Positions 34,107 through 41,943 are shown, numbered from the stretch's first letter. The stretch is DNA of 41,943 bases from an uncultured Candidatus Peribacteria bacterium (GCA_964548055.1 CAZJPS010000002.1:1-41943); one strand, 5' to 3'. The notes: generated by a model from the sequence alone, not told the origin. Numbers and translations are program-made.

Positions 34107-34463
34107 ATGAATGTTCAGCACTTCGAGAAAGGGATTGCCTATACGGATCAGGATTTGATTGTTCTGGCGCGGAAAATTGGAAAATTGGCCACCTTTTGCA
34201 AGCACGTGAAGAACGAAGCGTCGCTCATTCGAGTTGAGTCCGAGCAGCGCAAAACCAAAAAGGCGCAAGATCAGGTGAAAGTGATGCTCACTGTGGATCT
34301 TCCAAAAAAACAATTCAGAGCAGAATCTCGACGGCCGATTGTGATGGATGCCCTAGATCGTTGCATAGAAAAGCTGACGCCCCAAATTCAGAAGTATAAG
34401 GAGCTCCACACAGGTCGAGGGAAAGCACGCCTTGGCGCTCGCCGTTCCCGGACGGAAGCATGA
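34107..34463 (+). CDS. hpf: ribosome hibernation/translation inhibition factor, short RaiA/HPF form
   Basis: MNVQHFEKGIAYTDQDLIVLARKIGKL...VKVMLTVDLPKKQFRAESRRPIVMDALDRCIEKLTPQIQKYKE fits the S30AE fold pattern. Its TGA overlaps the next ATG in an ATGA at 34460-34463. Confidence 0.75.
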   Translation: MNVQHFEKGIAYTDQDLIVLARKIGKLATFCKHVKNEASLIRVESEQRKTKKAQDQVKVMLTVDLPKKQFRAESRRPIVMDALDRCIEKLTPQIQKYKELHTGRGKARLGARRSRTEA

Positions 34464-36049
34464 GAAGAACAGGCGATGCCCGCAGGCTCTTAAGCATGAT
34501 GAAAAGAGGAAACTGCAGTGTGCGAAGAATCTTTTCTTGTATAGGAACAGCCGCGTTTGTCGGTATTCTCTGGCTCCTTCCAGTTCATGCGCAGGAGCAA
34601 CTTCACAGCCAAAGTGCTGGCGTGACAGCAGTGATTGTAGGACCAGCCGATACCCCTGTTGGACGCACCATTATTTTAAGTGCTTCTGCCAGCCAAGTTG
34701 CAGGAAATAATGTGCAATATTTTTGGTACGTGAATTCAGAAAAAGAACCCATCAGCACATCGGTAGATGTGATCTATACACCGGAAAGAGCAGGGGACGT
34801 GGAATTCCATCTTGTGATTCGAAGCCTTTTAAATGGCCAACGATTGGAAGATGACGAATATCACACGGTCACTGCGTTTAGCAGAAAAGTGGTATTGATT
34901 ACCGATACGCATTTATCGGATGCACACATACAAAATCTGCAAAATGCAGCTGCATCTGGTTCTACGTATTTGCGCGTACTTCGTTCCCATATTTCTTCGC
35001 AAACCCGCGGAGGGGAAACCGCACTGGGAGCCCTCCTTTCCGAAGAAGTGGAAGCGTTTAGTGATGCAGAAAGCATAGTGTTCTGGACAGACGATCTTCC
35101 TCCGGTCGGATTACAGGCGTTACTGAATATTGTGAAAGGAAATCGAAAACGTTTGCTTGATGTGCGTGATCAGACATTCTTACTCATTACAGATCTTCAT
35201 CTGCGGACGGTGGCACGCACTGCTATCGGCCCCGGAAATGAGTTGCATCCAAAAAAATTGATGGTGGCCAAATCCGAGCTCATACCGATGCTCTTGCAAT
35301 CAAAGAATGACGAAGAATTTTTGAATGCAGCATTTCAAGCTCGTGCGGAGGAGCCGCTCATTATGGATGTATTCGCTGTCCACATTCCGCTTTGGCAGCT
35401 TGTGTCTCGGCTCCTTATAACCATGCTCGCGCTTGGTGTTTCCAGCCAAACCATCCTGCTTCTGCTCGTTCTTCCTATTATTGCCACCATTCTTTCATTT
35501 TTGAAACAGGTGGTTGGTATGACCACTTTTGGGCTTTTTACACCTTCTATTATCGCGCTTAGCTTTTTAGTTCTTGGGTGGCCAGTGGGCGTTCTCTTCT
35601 TGCTTTTCATTCTCATGACGGGGTACGCAACTCGCGCTCTCATGCGAAGGCTGCATATTCTGTATATACCAAAGATGGCCATCATCCTTGGTGTAGGAAG
35701 CCTGACCATATTGTTTCTCGTAGGTATTGGCACCTTCTTTGGAGTATTTCTTAGCTACGATACGGTCTTTGTACTTCTGATTATGAGCACGCTCGTAGAA
35801 AGCTTCTTAAATGTGAAATCAGAAGAAGGCCTGCGCTCTGCAGTATTTGGTATAAGCCAAACAATTATTGCCGCGCTTTTATGCGTGTTTATCGTGCAGT
35901 GGCCTTCATTCCGCGCTCTCATTATCGCCTATCCAGAAATTATTCTTTTCACTCCTATCATCAATATTTTGCTGGGGAGATGGACGGGATTGCGCGTGTC
36001 AGAATATTTCCGCTTCAGGGAAGTGTTCCGCCATCTTGCGCAGGAATAA
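34460..36049 (+). CDS. signal peptide + Ig/PKD-like + alpha/beta ectodomain + C-terminal 7TM module (7TM_transglut-like)
   Basis: The 529-aa ORF may instead start at 34496 or 34499 (MMKRGNCSVRRIFSCIGTAAFVGILWLLPVHAQ). The C-terminal half is polytopic and contains LKQVVGMTTFGLFTPSIIALSFLVLGW. That segment resembles the 7TM partner of RimK-like ATP-grasp enzymes. Confidence 0.6.
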   Translation: MRRTGDARRLLSMMKRGNCSVRRIFSCIGTAAFVGILWLLPVHAQEQLHSQSAGVTAVIVGPADTPVGRTIILSASASQVAGNNVQYFWYVNSEKEPISTSVDVIYTPERAGDVEFHLVIRSLLNGQRLEDDEYHTVTAFSRKVVLITDTHLSDAHIQNLQNAAASGSTYLRVLRSHISSQTRGGETALGALLSEEVEAFSDAESIVFWTDDLPPVGLQALLNIVKGNRKRLLDVRDQTFLLITDLHLRTVARTAIGPGNELHPKKLMVAKSELIPMLLQSKNDEEFLNAAFQARAEEPLIMDVFAVHIPLWQLVSRLLITMLALGVSSQTILLLLVLPIIATILSFLKQVVGMTTFGLFTPSIIALSFLVLGWPVGVLFLLFILMTGYATRALMRRLHILYIPKMAIILGVGSLTILFLVGIGTFFGVFLSYDTVFVLLIMSTLVESFLNVKSEEGLRSAVFGISQTIIAALLCVFIVQWPSFRALIIAYPEIILFTPIINILLGRWTGLRVSEYFRFREVFRHLAQE

Positions 36050-36141
36050 ATTGATCTTTTTCATACTATGATTTCTGATTTTGATTTACAGTAAAAAGAC
36101 CAGATCTGGAGTAGTTTTTCAATTTCTTCGCTTCTCTTCGC

Positions 36142-38535
36142 TTGGTTTTCCCTTTTTTCCGCCACGGAATTCTTGGCCTCAATGCTCGTAATTTGTTGTA
36201 TTTGAGGCCATATAACCCCAAAAAGGCTGTCGCATTTGCAGATAACAAACTGAAAACAAAAGCATACTTATCTGCGCGTGGAATCCCCACTGCAAAGATA
36301 TATGCAAGAATAGAAACGCGTGGGCAATTGCGAAGCTTTGATTTTTCTACTCTTCCAGAAGAATGTGTACTCAAGCCTAATTATGGATTTGGAGGAGAGG
36401 GAATTCTTATTTTAAAGGGGCGAAAAAATGGGATGTTTTTGGAGCAGGGGAAAGTACCCATTCCAGACAGTAGATTACGCGAACACATCGAAGATATTTT
36501 AGACGGAAAATTTTCGGTGAATGGAAAGATGGACACGGCATTCTTTGAAAAAATTCTTGTGTCACATGAGGGGTTTGCGCCCTTTAGACCTGCAGGACTT
36601 CCTGATGTACGCATTGTGGTATTCAACCTTGTTCCCGTAATGGCAATGCTCCGTGTTCCCACAGCGCAAAGCAGGGGAAAGGCGAATGTGCATATGGGAG
36701 GATTAGGCATTGGAATCGATATTGCAAAGGGGGTTACTACGCATGCATTCCAATACTCTTCGCTTCTTACAGAGCTTCCCCATCATGGAGGAAATCCCGC
36801 AGGCATTCCCATTCCTTTTTGGCAGGAAATGCTGCTCATTTCCTCACGTATTCAGTACATGACAAATATCGGGTACCTAGCAGTAGATTTAACGTTGGAT
36901 AGGGACCAGGGACCGGTACTTTTGGAGGTGAATGCACGTGCGGGCCTTATGGTGCAGGTAGCCAATTTAGCTCCGCTCCGCTCGCGTTTGGAGCGTGTAG
37001 AGGGACTGAGTGTTAGTTCTCCAGAAAAAGGTGTGCGTATTGCACAAGATTTGTTTGGAGAAAAAGTGGAAAAATCTGCAGAAGTACAAACGAATAGACC
37101 ACGCTTAGGCGTGCGAGAAAATATATTTGTACATTCAAAAGGGATGAATATGGAAGTGCCAAGCATCATTAATCCTGCGGCATCGGAATACACTATTTTT
37201 ACGCCCGATTTACTTCAGGAATTGCAGGCGCAAGGAGGCGCAGAGCTTTCCGAAGAGTCGGAAGATATTGATCGTCAATTCTACCGAGTTAAATTTACAT
37301 TGGGTGGTAAAAAAATTCAGACGCATGTGTATGCTGGGAGCGTACCCTACCCCTCTGCTCGTGCACTTATCGGGCGCAGAGACCTCGCAGGTTTTTATAT
37401 AGATCCAGCAAAAGAACCCGAAGTACCCATTACTATTACTCGGATGCGTATCGATACACGCGCAACCGATAGAATTCTTTTGCAGATGGATGAAGAATTG
37501 ATGCTACTCAAGCATCTGAAGCCCATCAATCTTCCCGGAGAGCGCATTCAGTTAGAACGCGATCGCAATTATAGCCCTCATTTTTTGTATGCCCCTCTTC
37601 CCGAAGCTATTGATGATATTGAGCGCAAGCTCCGTACCTTACCCACAGACGATTCGTCATTAGGGATTCTTCTAAATAAAAAGCGCAGAGAACTTTTGAT
37701 GCGTATTGCTCTTTTCCGCGCACGTGGGAACAGTGAGCGGTTTACACAGGCATCACAAGCCCTCTTTGGTGCGCCCCATGCAGATTTACTAGCATCGGCG
37801 TTCCATGTTCTTGCTTCTCGTACCAGCTGCGATCTTCCTCTGCCAAAAAATCAAATGCTTACATCGGATCAGGCAGCAGCGCGCTTTGATGAAATGCTTT
37901 CCCAGTATGGGCTTCACGATTGGCAGGTGAGTGTACGCGAAGCATTGGTGTCGGATTGTGCGGTTGGGTGGAAGCGCCTCTATGTTCGCAAAGGAGCAAT
38001 ATTTTCTCCTACACATGTGGAATCACTCATGGCGCACGAAATAGAAACGCATATTCTCACAGCCGAGAATGGAGCGCAGCAGCCGTTTGATATTTTCCGC
38101 CGCGGTTTTGCAAATTATTTAGATACGCAAGAAGGATTGGCATCGTATAATCAGAATAGAGTACTTCCAAAAAACCACGATAAACGGTTTGGTCCAGCAC
38201 GCAGTGTTGTAGCAATTGCCTATGCCCTTGAACATTCTTTTGTGGATACACGTAAATATCTGGAAGCAGAGTTAGGATACACATCTGAGAAATCACTCAC
38301 CAAAGCAATTGAACTCAAGCGCGGCCTTTTTGATACTTCAGAGCCTGGCTGTTTTACAAAAGGACTGGTGTATTATCGCGGGCTTAGAGCAATCGAGCAC
38401 TTTGAAGAGAGCGGAGGAGATTTGAAGCGTTTGTACATAGGCAAAATTGCACTAGAGGATTTAGACTGTGCAGAGCAGGTAGAAGGAGTAAAACCACCAC
38501 TGCTTATTCCAGCATTTCTTAGAAAAAAGAAGTAA
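36142..38535 (+). CDS. fusion protein of alpha-L-glutamate-ligase-like ATP-grasp + degenerate retropepsin-like domain + DUF1704/QEGLA HExxxH metallopeptidase-like domain
   Basis: The start is TTG at 36142. The N-terminus VFPFFRHGILGLNARNLLYLRPYNPKKAVAFADNKLKTKAYL...VLKPNYGFGGEGILIL matches the ATP-grasp family I recall as TIGR02291. The middle region LGVRENIFVHS..IINPAASEY...ALIGRRDLAGFYIDP is retropepsin/Zn_protease-like. The C-terminal region carries HEIETH (38035-38052) and QEGLA (38128-38142). Confidence 0.75.
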   Translation: MVFPFFRHGILGLNARNLLYLRPYNPKKAVAFADNKLKTKAYLSARGIPTAKIYARIETRGQLRSFDFSTLPEECVLKPNYGFGGEGILILKGRKNGMFLEQGKVPIPDSRLREHIEDILDGKFSVNGKMDTAFFEKILVSHEGFAPFRPAGLPDVRIVVFNLVPVMAMLRVPTAQSRGKANVHMGGLGIGIDIAKGVTTHAFQYSSLLTELPHHGGNPAGIPIPFWQEMLLISSRIQYMTNIGYLAVDLTLDRDQGPVLLEVNARAGLMVQVANLAPLRSRLERVEGLSVSSPEKGVRIAQDLFGEKVEKSAEVQTNRPRLGVRENIFVHSKGMNMEVPSIINPAASEYTIFTPDLLQELQAQGGAELSEESEDIDRQFYRVKFTLGGKKIQTHVYAGSVPYPSARALIGRRDLAGFYIDPAKEPEVPITITRMRIDTRATDRILLQMDEELMLLKHLKPINLPGERIQLERDRNYSPHFLYAPLPEAIDDIERKLRTLPTDDSSLGILLNKKRRELLMRIALFRARGNSERFTQASQALFGAPHADLLASAFHVLASRTSCDLPLPKNQMLTSDQAAARFDEMLSQYGLHDWQVSVREALVSDCAVGWKRLYVRKGAIFSPTHVESLMAHEIETHILTAENGAQQPFDIFRRGFANYLDTQEGLASYNQNRVLPKNHDKRFGPARSVVAIAYALEHSFVDTRKYLEAELGYTSEKSLTKAIELKRGLFDTSEPGCFTKGLVYYRGLRAIEHFEESGGDLKRLYIGKIALEDLDCAEQVEGVKPPLLIPAFLRKKK

Positions 38536-38544
38536 TTGAGTATT

Positions 38545-38642
38545 GAGAGTAATAGAATACTGGGAATGAGAATAATAGGTTCCTCATTCAACACATGAAA
38601 AACAAACATCCTATTATTCTAATATTCTTGTCCCTATTACTC
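38545..38642. repeat. locus-specific long imperfect palindrome between convergent genes
   Basis: GAATAATAGG (38570-38579) pairs with CCTATTATTC (38610-38619). GAGTAATAG (38547-38555) pairs with CTATTACTC (38634-38642). The loop is 30 nt. Confidence 0.7.
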
Positions 38643-39334
38643 TACTTCTTCTTAGCGGCGTCTTCCTTTGCGCCTTTTTCAGCAGCTTCCTTCGTAGCGC
38701 CTTCAGCCGCAGCACCTTCTGCTGTAGCACCTTCTGCTGTAGCACCTTCAGCTGGAGTAACAGGAGCGGCAACCACTTCTTCAGCACGTGGCTCCTGAAC
38801 AGATGCCAGCACCATATCAGCAGCGTCCATCACTTTTACGCCCGTAGGAAGGGTAAGGTTTTGTACGCTCACATGATCGTGGAAATTTGCCATACCTGAA
38901 ATATCAACGCTCAAGCTATGAGGAAGATCGGATGGTAAGCAACGAACGCGTACGGTGTTGTGGGCAATCACAAACACCCCTCCTAGGCTCTTTACAGCAG
39001 GGGACTCGCCTTCAAAAGTGATTGGCACAAGTGTCTCAATTTCCTGCTTCATATTCACTGCGTAAAAGTCTGCATGCACCTCACGATCGGAAATAGGATC
39101 AAAGGCAATATCTTTAAAGAGAACAGGAACCTTCTTTCCATCAATATCTAGCTCGACAAGTGTGCTTTCTCCAGCCCTGGAGAAAGTTTTATGGAGCTCC
39201 TTCTCGTTGCACTGAATGTGCATGTTTTTCTCTATAGCGCCATACACCACGCAAGGTACCTGGTTATTCCTACGCATCTGCTTAGGCTTTGCCTTTTGGT
39301 CCCGTGCCGATGCTTTCAGAGTAATCATGTCCAT
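38642..39334 (-). CDS. rplY: 50S ribosomal protein bL25 (Ctc form) with a repetitive Ala/Glu/Gly/Thr tail
   Basis: It begins ITLKASARDQKAKPKQMRRNNQVPCVVYG. The C-terminal tail is PAEGATAEGATAEGAAAEGATKEAAEKGAKEDAAKKK. Confidence 0.85.
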   Translation of the reverse strand: MDMITLKASARDQKAKPKQMRRNNQVPCVVYGAIEKNMHIQCNEKELHKTFSRAGESTLVELDIDGKKVPVLFKDIAFDPISDREVHADFYAVNMKQEIETLVPITFEGESPAVKSLGGVFVIAHNTVRVRCLPSDLPHSLSVDISGMANFHDHVSVQNLTLPTGVKVMDAADMVLASVQEPRAEEVVAAPVTPAEGATAEGATAEGAAAEGATKEAAEKGAKEDAAKKK

Positions 39335-39452
39335 AGAGAGGCTGTAGGGTAAGGGAAATGTGGCAAGAGGTCAACATGTGAAGTGCAGCGGCGGTCGCTA
39401 TCAAGGTTCGTTTGGCGATAAGTGGTAAGCGGCTAGCGGTTAGCTCTATATA

Positions 39453-40262
39453 TCACTTATCGCTAACTGCTCGCCCCTTCCATTTCCAGAAATACTTTAA
39501 AGCGCTCAAAAGGTGAATACGAGCCGTTTTCTTGGTAATTAGGCTTAAAAAGCCTCCATCGCTCAGTCGTTGCTTACGGTCCAGTGCATGCACTTCTGGG
39601 CAGTACACCACACGCTTTCCATGTTTCCAGCATTGCCTGCATAGGTCGGTATCTTCAAAAAAGAGGAAAAAGCGGGGGTCAAAACCCCCTAATTCTTTAT
39701 AAAAGCTGCGTCTGATTACAAAACATGCCCCTACCACCCAATCTACATCTTGCATTTGCCCTTTCTTGCTATAGGAACGCAAATACCGGTGCATACGTTT
39801 TCGGAAGATTCGGCGGAGAAATGTTCGCTTAATAAAGACATCAATGGGGGTAGGGAATGCCCTGTGAGAATCCCGAATGCTGCCATCAGGGTGAACCAAT
39901 GCAGGTGCTACAATCCCTATTGAAGAATCGGACTCTATAATACGAATCATATTCTCAAGCCCACTCGGTTCTAGAATATTATCAGGATTGATGATGAGTA
40001 AGAATTCACCCAATGCTTGCGCAATTGCTACTTCATTTCCTTTCCCGTATCCACGATTGCTCCCTGTTTCTAGTAAGCGCATGGAAGCAAAATTGCGGGA
40101 GCGGCTCCGCAGATACCCAATGGAATCGTCTTCAGAGTGATTATCCACCACTAATATTTCCATCTGATCTGCCATTGTTTGCGCTTGCAGCGCTTGTACG
40201 CACCGAGCTGTATCTTTTGGTGACTTATAATTCAGGACAATGGCAGAGGCCAGGGGAGTCAT
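39453..40262 (-). CDS. family 2 glycosyltransferase (rhamnosyltransferase-like)
   Basis: It contains SAIVLNYKSPKDTARCVQALQAQT..EILVVDNHSEDDS, LIINPDN and FFEDTDLC. Confidence 0.8.
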   Translation of the reverse strand: MTPLASAIVLNYKSPKDTARCVQALQAQTMADQMEILVVDNHSEDDSIGYLRSRSRNFASMRLLETGSNRGYGKGNEVAIAQALGEFLLIINPDNILEPSGLENMIRIIESDSSIGIVAPALVHPDGSIRDSHRAFPTPIDVFIKRTFLRRIFRKRMHRYLRSYSKKGQMQDVDWVVGACFVIRRSFYKELGGFDPRFFLFFEDTDLCRQCWKHGKRVVYCPEVHALDRKQRLSDGGFLSLITKKTARIHLLSALKYFWKWKGRAVSDK

Positions 40263-40526
40263 AACGCTGATATTCTACACGTGTTCCGTACAGAACATGA
40301 CGAGTGTTCACTATGAGTACCGCTTCTATCACACACAAAATACATAAAGATGCGTCATCAGTTTTATTACTTCAGCATTCGCGTGTGAATGTTCTGTGCG
40401 CCCGTTTCTTGCTCCCCGTGCGCCTACGTGATATGCCATGAGCATATGTTCAGAGTATTGTTTCAGACGCGCGTGTTTCCTTTCCATTCCTGTGCTATGG
40501 GTGAGCCGCGTTTACTCCGGTTTAGT

Positions 40527-40727
40527 ATGGAGGAGCAACCGCCATCCGTCGTACCGCCAGCCACGAACGATATGAATAAAAAAGTAGAGGAGAGGATAGA
40601 GGCTCTCCGAAGGCTTCGTGTAGATCATTTTGGCATGAAGATTCAGGTTACTGAAAATGGCATCAGGACGCGTATCGTGATTCCTAAAGACAAGCTGGAG
40701 CGATACAAACAGTCATTATCGCAGTAA
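40527..40727 (+). CDS. small hypothetical protein (66 aa)
   Basis: The internal ATG of track ORF 40389..40727 gives MEEQPPSVVPPATNDMNKKVEERIEALRRLRVDHFGMKIQVTENGIRTRIVIPKDKLERYKQSLSQ. It overlaps the uppP 3' end by 12 nt. Support is weak. Confidence 0.3.
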   Translation: MEEQPPSVVPPATNDMNKKVEERIEALRRLRVDHFGMKIQVTENGIRTRIVIPKDKLERYKQSLSQ

Positions 40728-41486
40728 TAAGATGGCACATGCTACCGCAAGGCCAATCCGGTATATGCCAAACGGAATAAACGAATGCGTTTTAATGAAT
40801 GTGAGGAACCATCGGATGCTCATGTATGCCACAAGAAAGGACATCAAAAATCCAATGAGGAGGGGAATGAGGTTTGCTGATGTCATGCTGCTACTGGATT
40901 TGAGAATATCGAGCGTTGCAGCGGCAGCGATGGTTGGAACAGCGAGTAAGAAAGAGAATTCCACTGTGGTACTCCTTGGAAGCCCTAATAATTGACCCCC
41001 AATGATCGTCGCTGCTGCGCGTGAGACTCCGGGGATAATGGCGAATGATTGGAAGACACCGATGAGCAGTGCTTGTGTATACGTGATGGAGGACACGGGT
41101 GCATCCTTTTCTATTTTTGTGTGCAACAAATCAAAAATGATCATGAGTACTCCACCAATAGCTAAGGCCCACAGCACTACGGGGATGCTTTCTAGCAATA
41201 TTTTTTTAACGAGATCATGCAGAAGAAAACCAATGATGGCGGTGGGAAAAAACGCGGCAAGGACCTTTGTGATCACGTTCGTGTTCACAAAGAGTGATTG
41301 CCATGAAAAGAACACAACAGCCAAAATAGCGCCCAATTGAATAGCGATCTCAAATGTTTTTAAGAATTCTGTTTGTGGAACCTGTAAAAGGCGTGATGCC
41401 AGCACAAGATGTGCCGTAGAGGAAATAGGAAGGAACTCGGTGAGCCCTTCTACTATTCCCAGTAGAGTAGCATGCAATTCCGTCAT
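40716..41486 (-). CDS. uppP: undecaprenyl-diphosphate phosphatase
   Basis: It contains LLGIVEGLTEFLPISSTAHL and GVSRAAATIIGG, which are the BacA/UppP signatures. Confidence 0.9.
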   Translation of the reverse strand: MTELHATLLGIVEGLTEFLPISSTAHLVLASRLLQVPQTEFLKTFEIAIQLGAILAVVFFSWQSLFVNTNVITKVLAAFFPTAIIGFLLHDLVKKILLESIPVVLWALAIGGVLMIIFDLLHTKIEKDAPVSSITYTQALLIGVFQSFAIIPGVSRAAATIIGGQLLGLPRSTTVEFSFLLAVPTIAAAATLDILKSSSSMTSANLIPLLIGFLMSFLVAYMSIRWFLTFIKTHSFIPFGIYRIGLAVACAILLLR

Positions 41487-41525
41487 GATGTGCAGTTAAA
41501 GAGAAGAAGGCTCATTGGTCTATTC

Positions 41526-41918
41526 CTATTTCTTTTTCAAACTGGCTGTTTCGAGGGAGTATTTCCCCCCTCCTAAGAATACGAGGGCAACACAGCACAG
41601 TAAAAGTAAGAAATCTAATTCCCACCCACCGCCAAAGCTTACATTCCACACCTTTATTTTTGTGTAGATTGCACCAATCATGACAACCGCAAGTATAAGG
41701 GCCATGTAGTCTGTGAGTAGACCAAGGAGTATTCCAAGCGCTGCAAGTGGTTCAATAACGGCCAAAATACGCAGTAATAGGGGGAGAGCGCCGGGTTCCA
41801 TTGCCGTACTGAAGAGTGACCATTTTTGCACTCCATGGAACAGGAAGATGGCAGCCACTCCTACGCGGAGTGCGAGAAGACCCAAACCAGGATTGCGTCC
41901 AAGCGAACGAAGAAACAT
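41526..41918 (-). CDS. DoxX family membrane protein
   Basis: It contains LLALRVGVAAIFLFHGVQKW. The ORF is 130 aa with four TM segments. Confidence 0.7.
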   Translation of the reverse strand: MFLRSLGRNPGLGLLALRVGVAAIFLFHGVQKWSLFSTAMEPGALPLLLRILAVIEPLAALGILLGLLTDYMALILAVVMIGAIYTKIKVWNVSFGGGWELDFLLLLCCVALVFLGGGKYSLETASLKKK

Positions 41919-41943
41919 ACAATAATAAGGGGAACAGTGGCCT

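Noticed and set aside
33635-34237. 200-aa plus-strand ORF crossing the divergent intergenic region.
   Set aside because: Its first half is antisense to the 32730-33878 gene and its end overlaps hpf in another frame. It has no coherent domain.
38595-38798. 67-aa plus-strand ORF with an Ala/Pro/Ser repeat.
   Set aside because: It is the antisense reading of the 15-bp tandem repeat in the rplY tail, which makes it a repeat artefact.
40440-40451. GAGCATATGTTC, a one-mismatch Cheo/LexA-type box (GAAC-N4-GTTC) upstream of the small ORF at 40527. Several GTGTTC/GAACAT words also lie at about 40280-40312.
   Set aside because: It is a single imperfect site, no lexA gene or SOS gene lies nearby, and the downstream ORF is itself doubtful. 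This is not enough to call a regulatory site.
1-41943. I considered an alternative genetic code (UGA recoding, as in some candidate phyla).
   Set aside because: TGA terminates well-supported genes (19483-19485, 34461-34463 and the GT2 gene at 39453-39455). The conserved proteins translate full-length with code 11 and do not need in-frame TGA read-through.

Overview
This 41.9-kb window is gene-dense bacterial chromosome. It uses the standard genetic code: TGA, TAA and TAG all end long ORFs (for example TGA at 19483-19485 and 34461-34463). I support about 40 protein genes on both strands, one tRNA-Glu(CUC), and no rRNA or CRISPR array. Hand counts of single 60-nt lines give 38-52% GC for the host background. 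Most genes are housekeeping or envelope functions: RlmD, RlmH and RlmI rRNA methyltransferases, an archaeal/eukaryal-type ProRS, bL25, HPF, UppP, Bcp, Ogt, an MBOAT+SGNH pair, a GT2 glycosyltransferase, an acyl desaturase, Hsp20, and TMEM175, DUF1761, DUF1003 and DoxX membrane proteins. The many lineage-specific hypotheticals and 1-nt TAATG stop/start overlaps suggest an uncultivated small-genome lineage, but that is inference only. Six things are worth a second look. (1) At 34107-38535 lies hpf, then a 7TM protein, then a 797-aa fusion of a RimK-like ATP-grasp ligase, a retropepsin-like domain with a dead active site, and a QEGLA/HExxxH (DUF1704, MATCAP-like) peptidase. (2) At about 21396-24758 an IS481-type transposase sits beside a GC-rich segment (one line counted at 70% GC) that encodes a TIR-TPR protein, and the whole unit is bracketed by an 11-bp direct repeat. 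(3) A 1461-aa SNF2 helicase carries five tandem ~100-aa repeats of an unrecognised module. (4) There is a eukaryote-like protein arginine methyltransferase homolog. (5) There is an orphan three-gene operon at 30605-33878. (6) A family of 97-bp palindromic elements with 9-bp internal periodicity exactly fills convergent gene gaps, and other intergenic regions hold locus-specific word-repeat hairpins. All family assignments come from motif recognition by eye; no database search was run.
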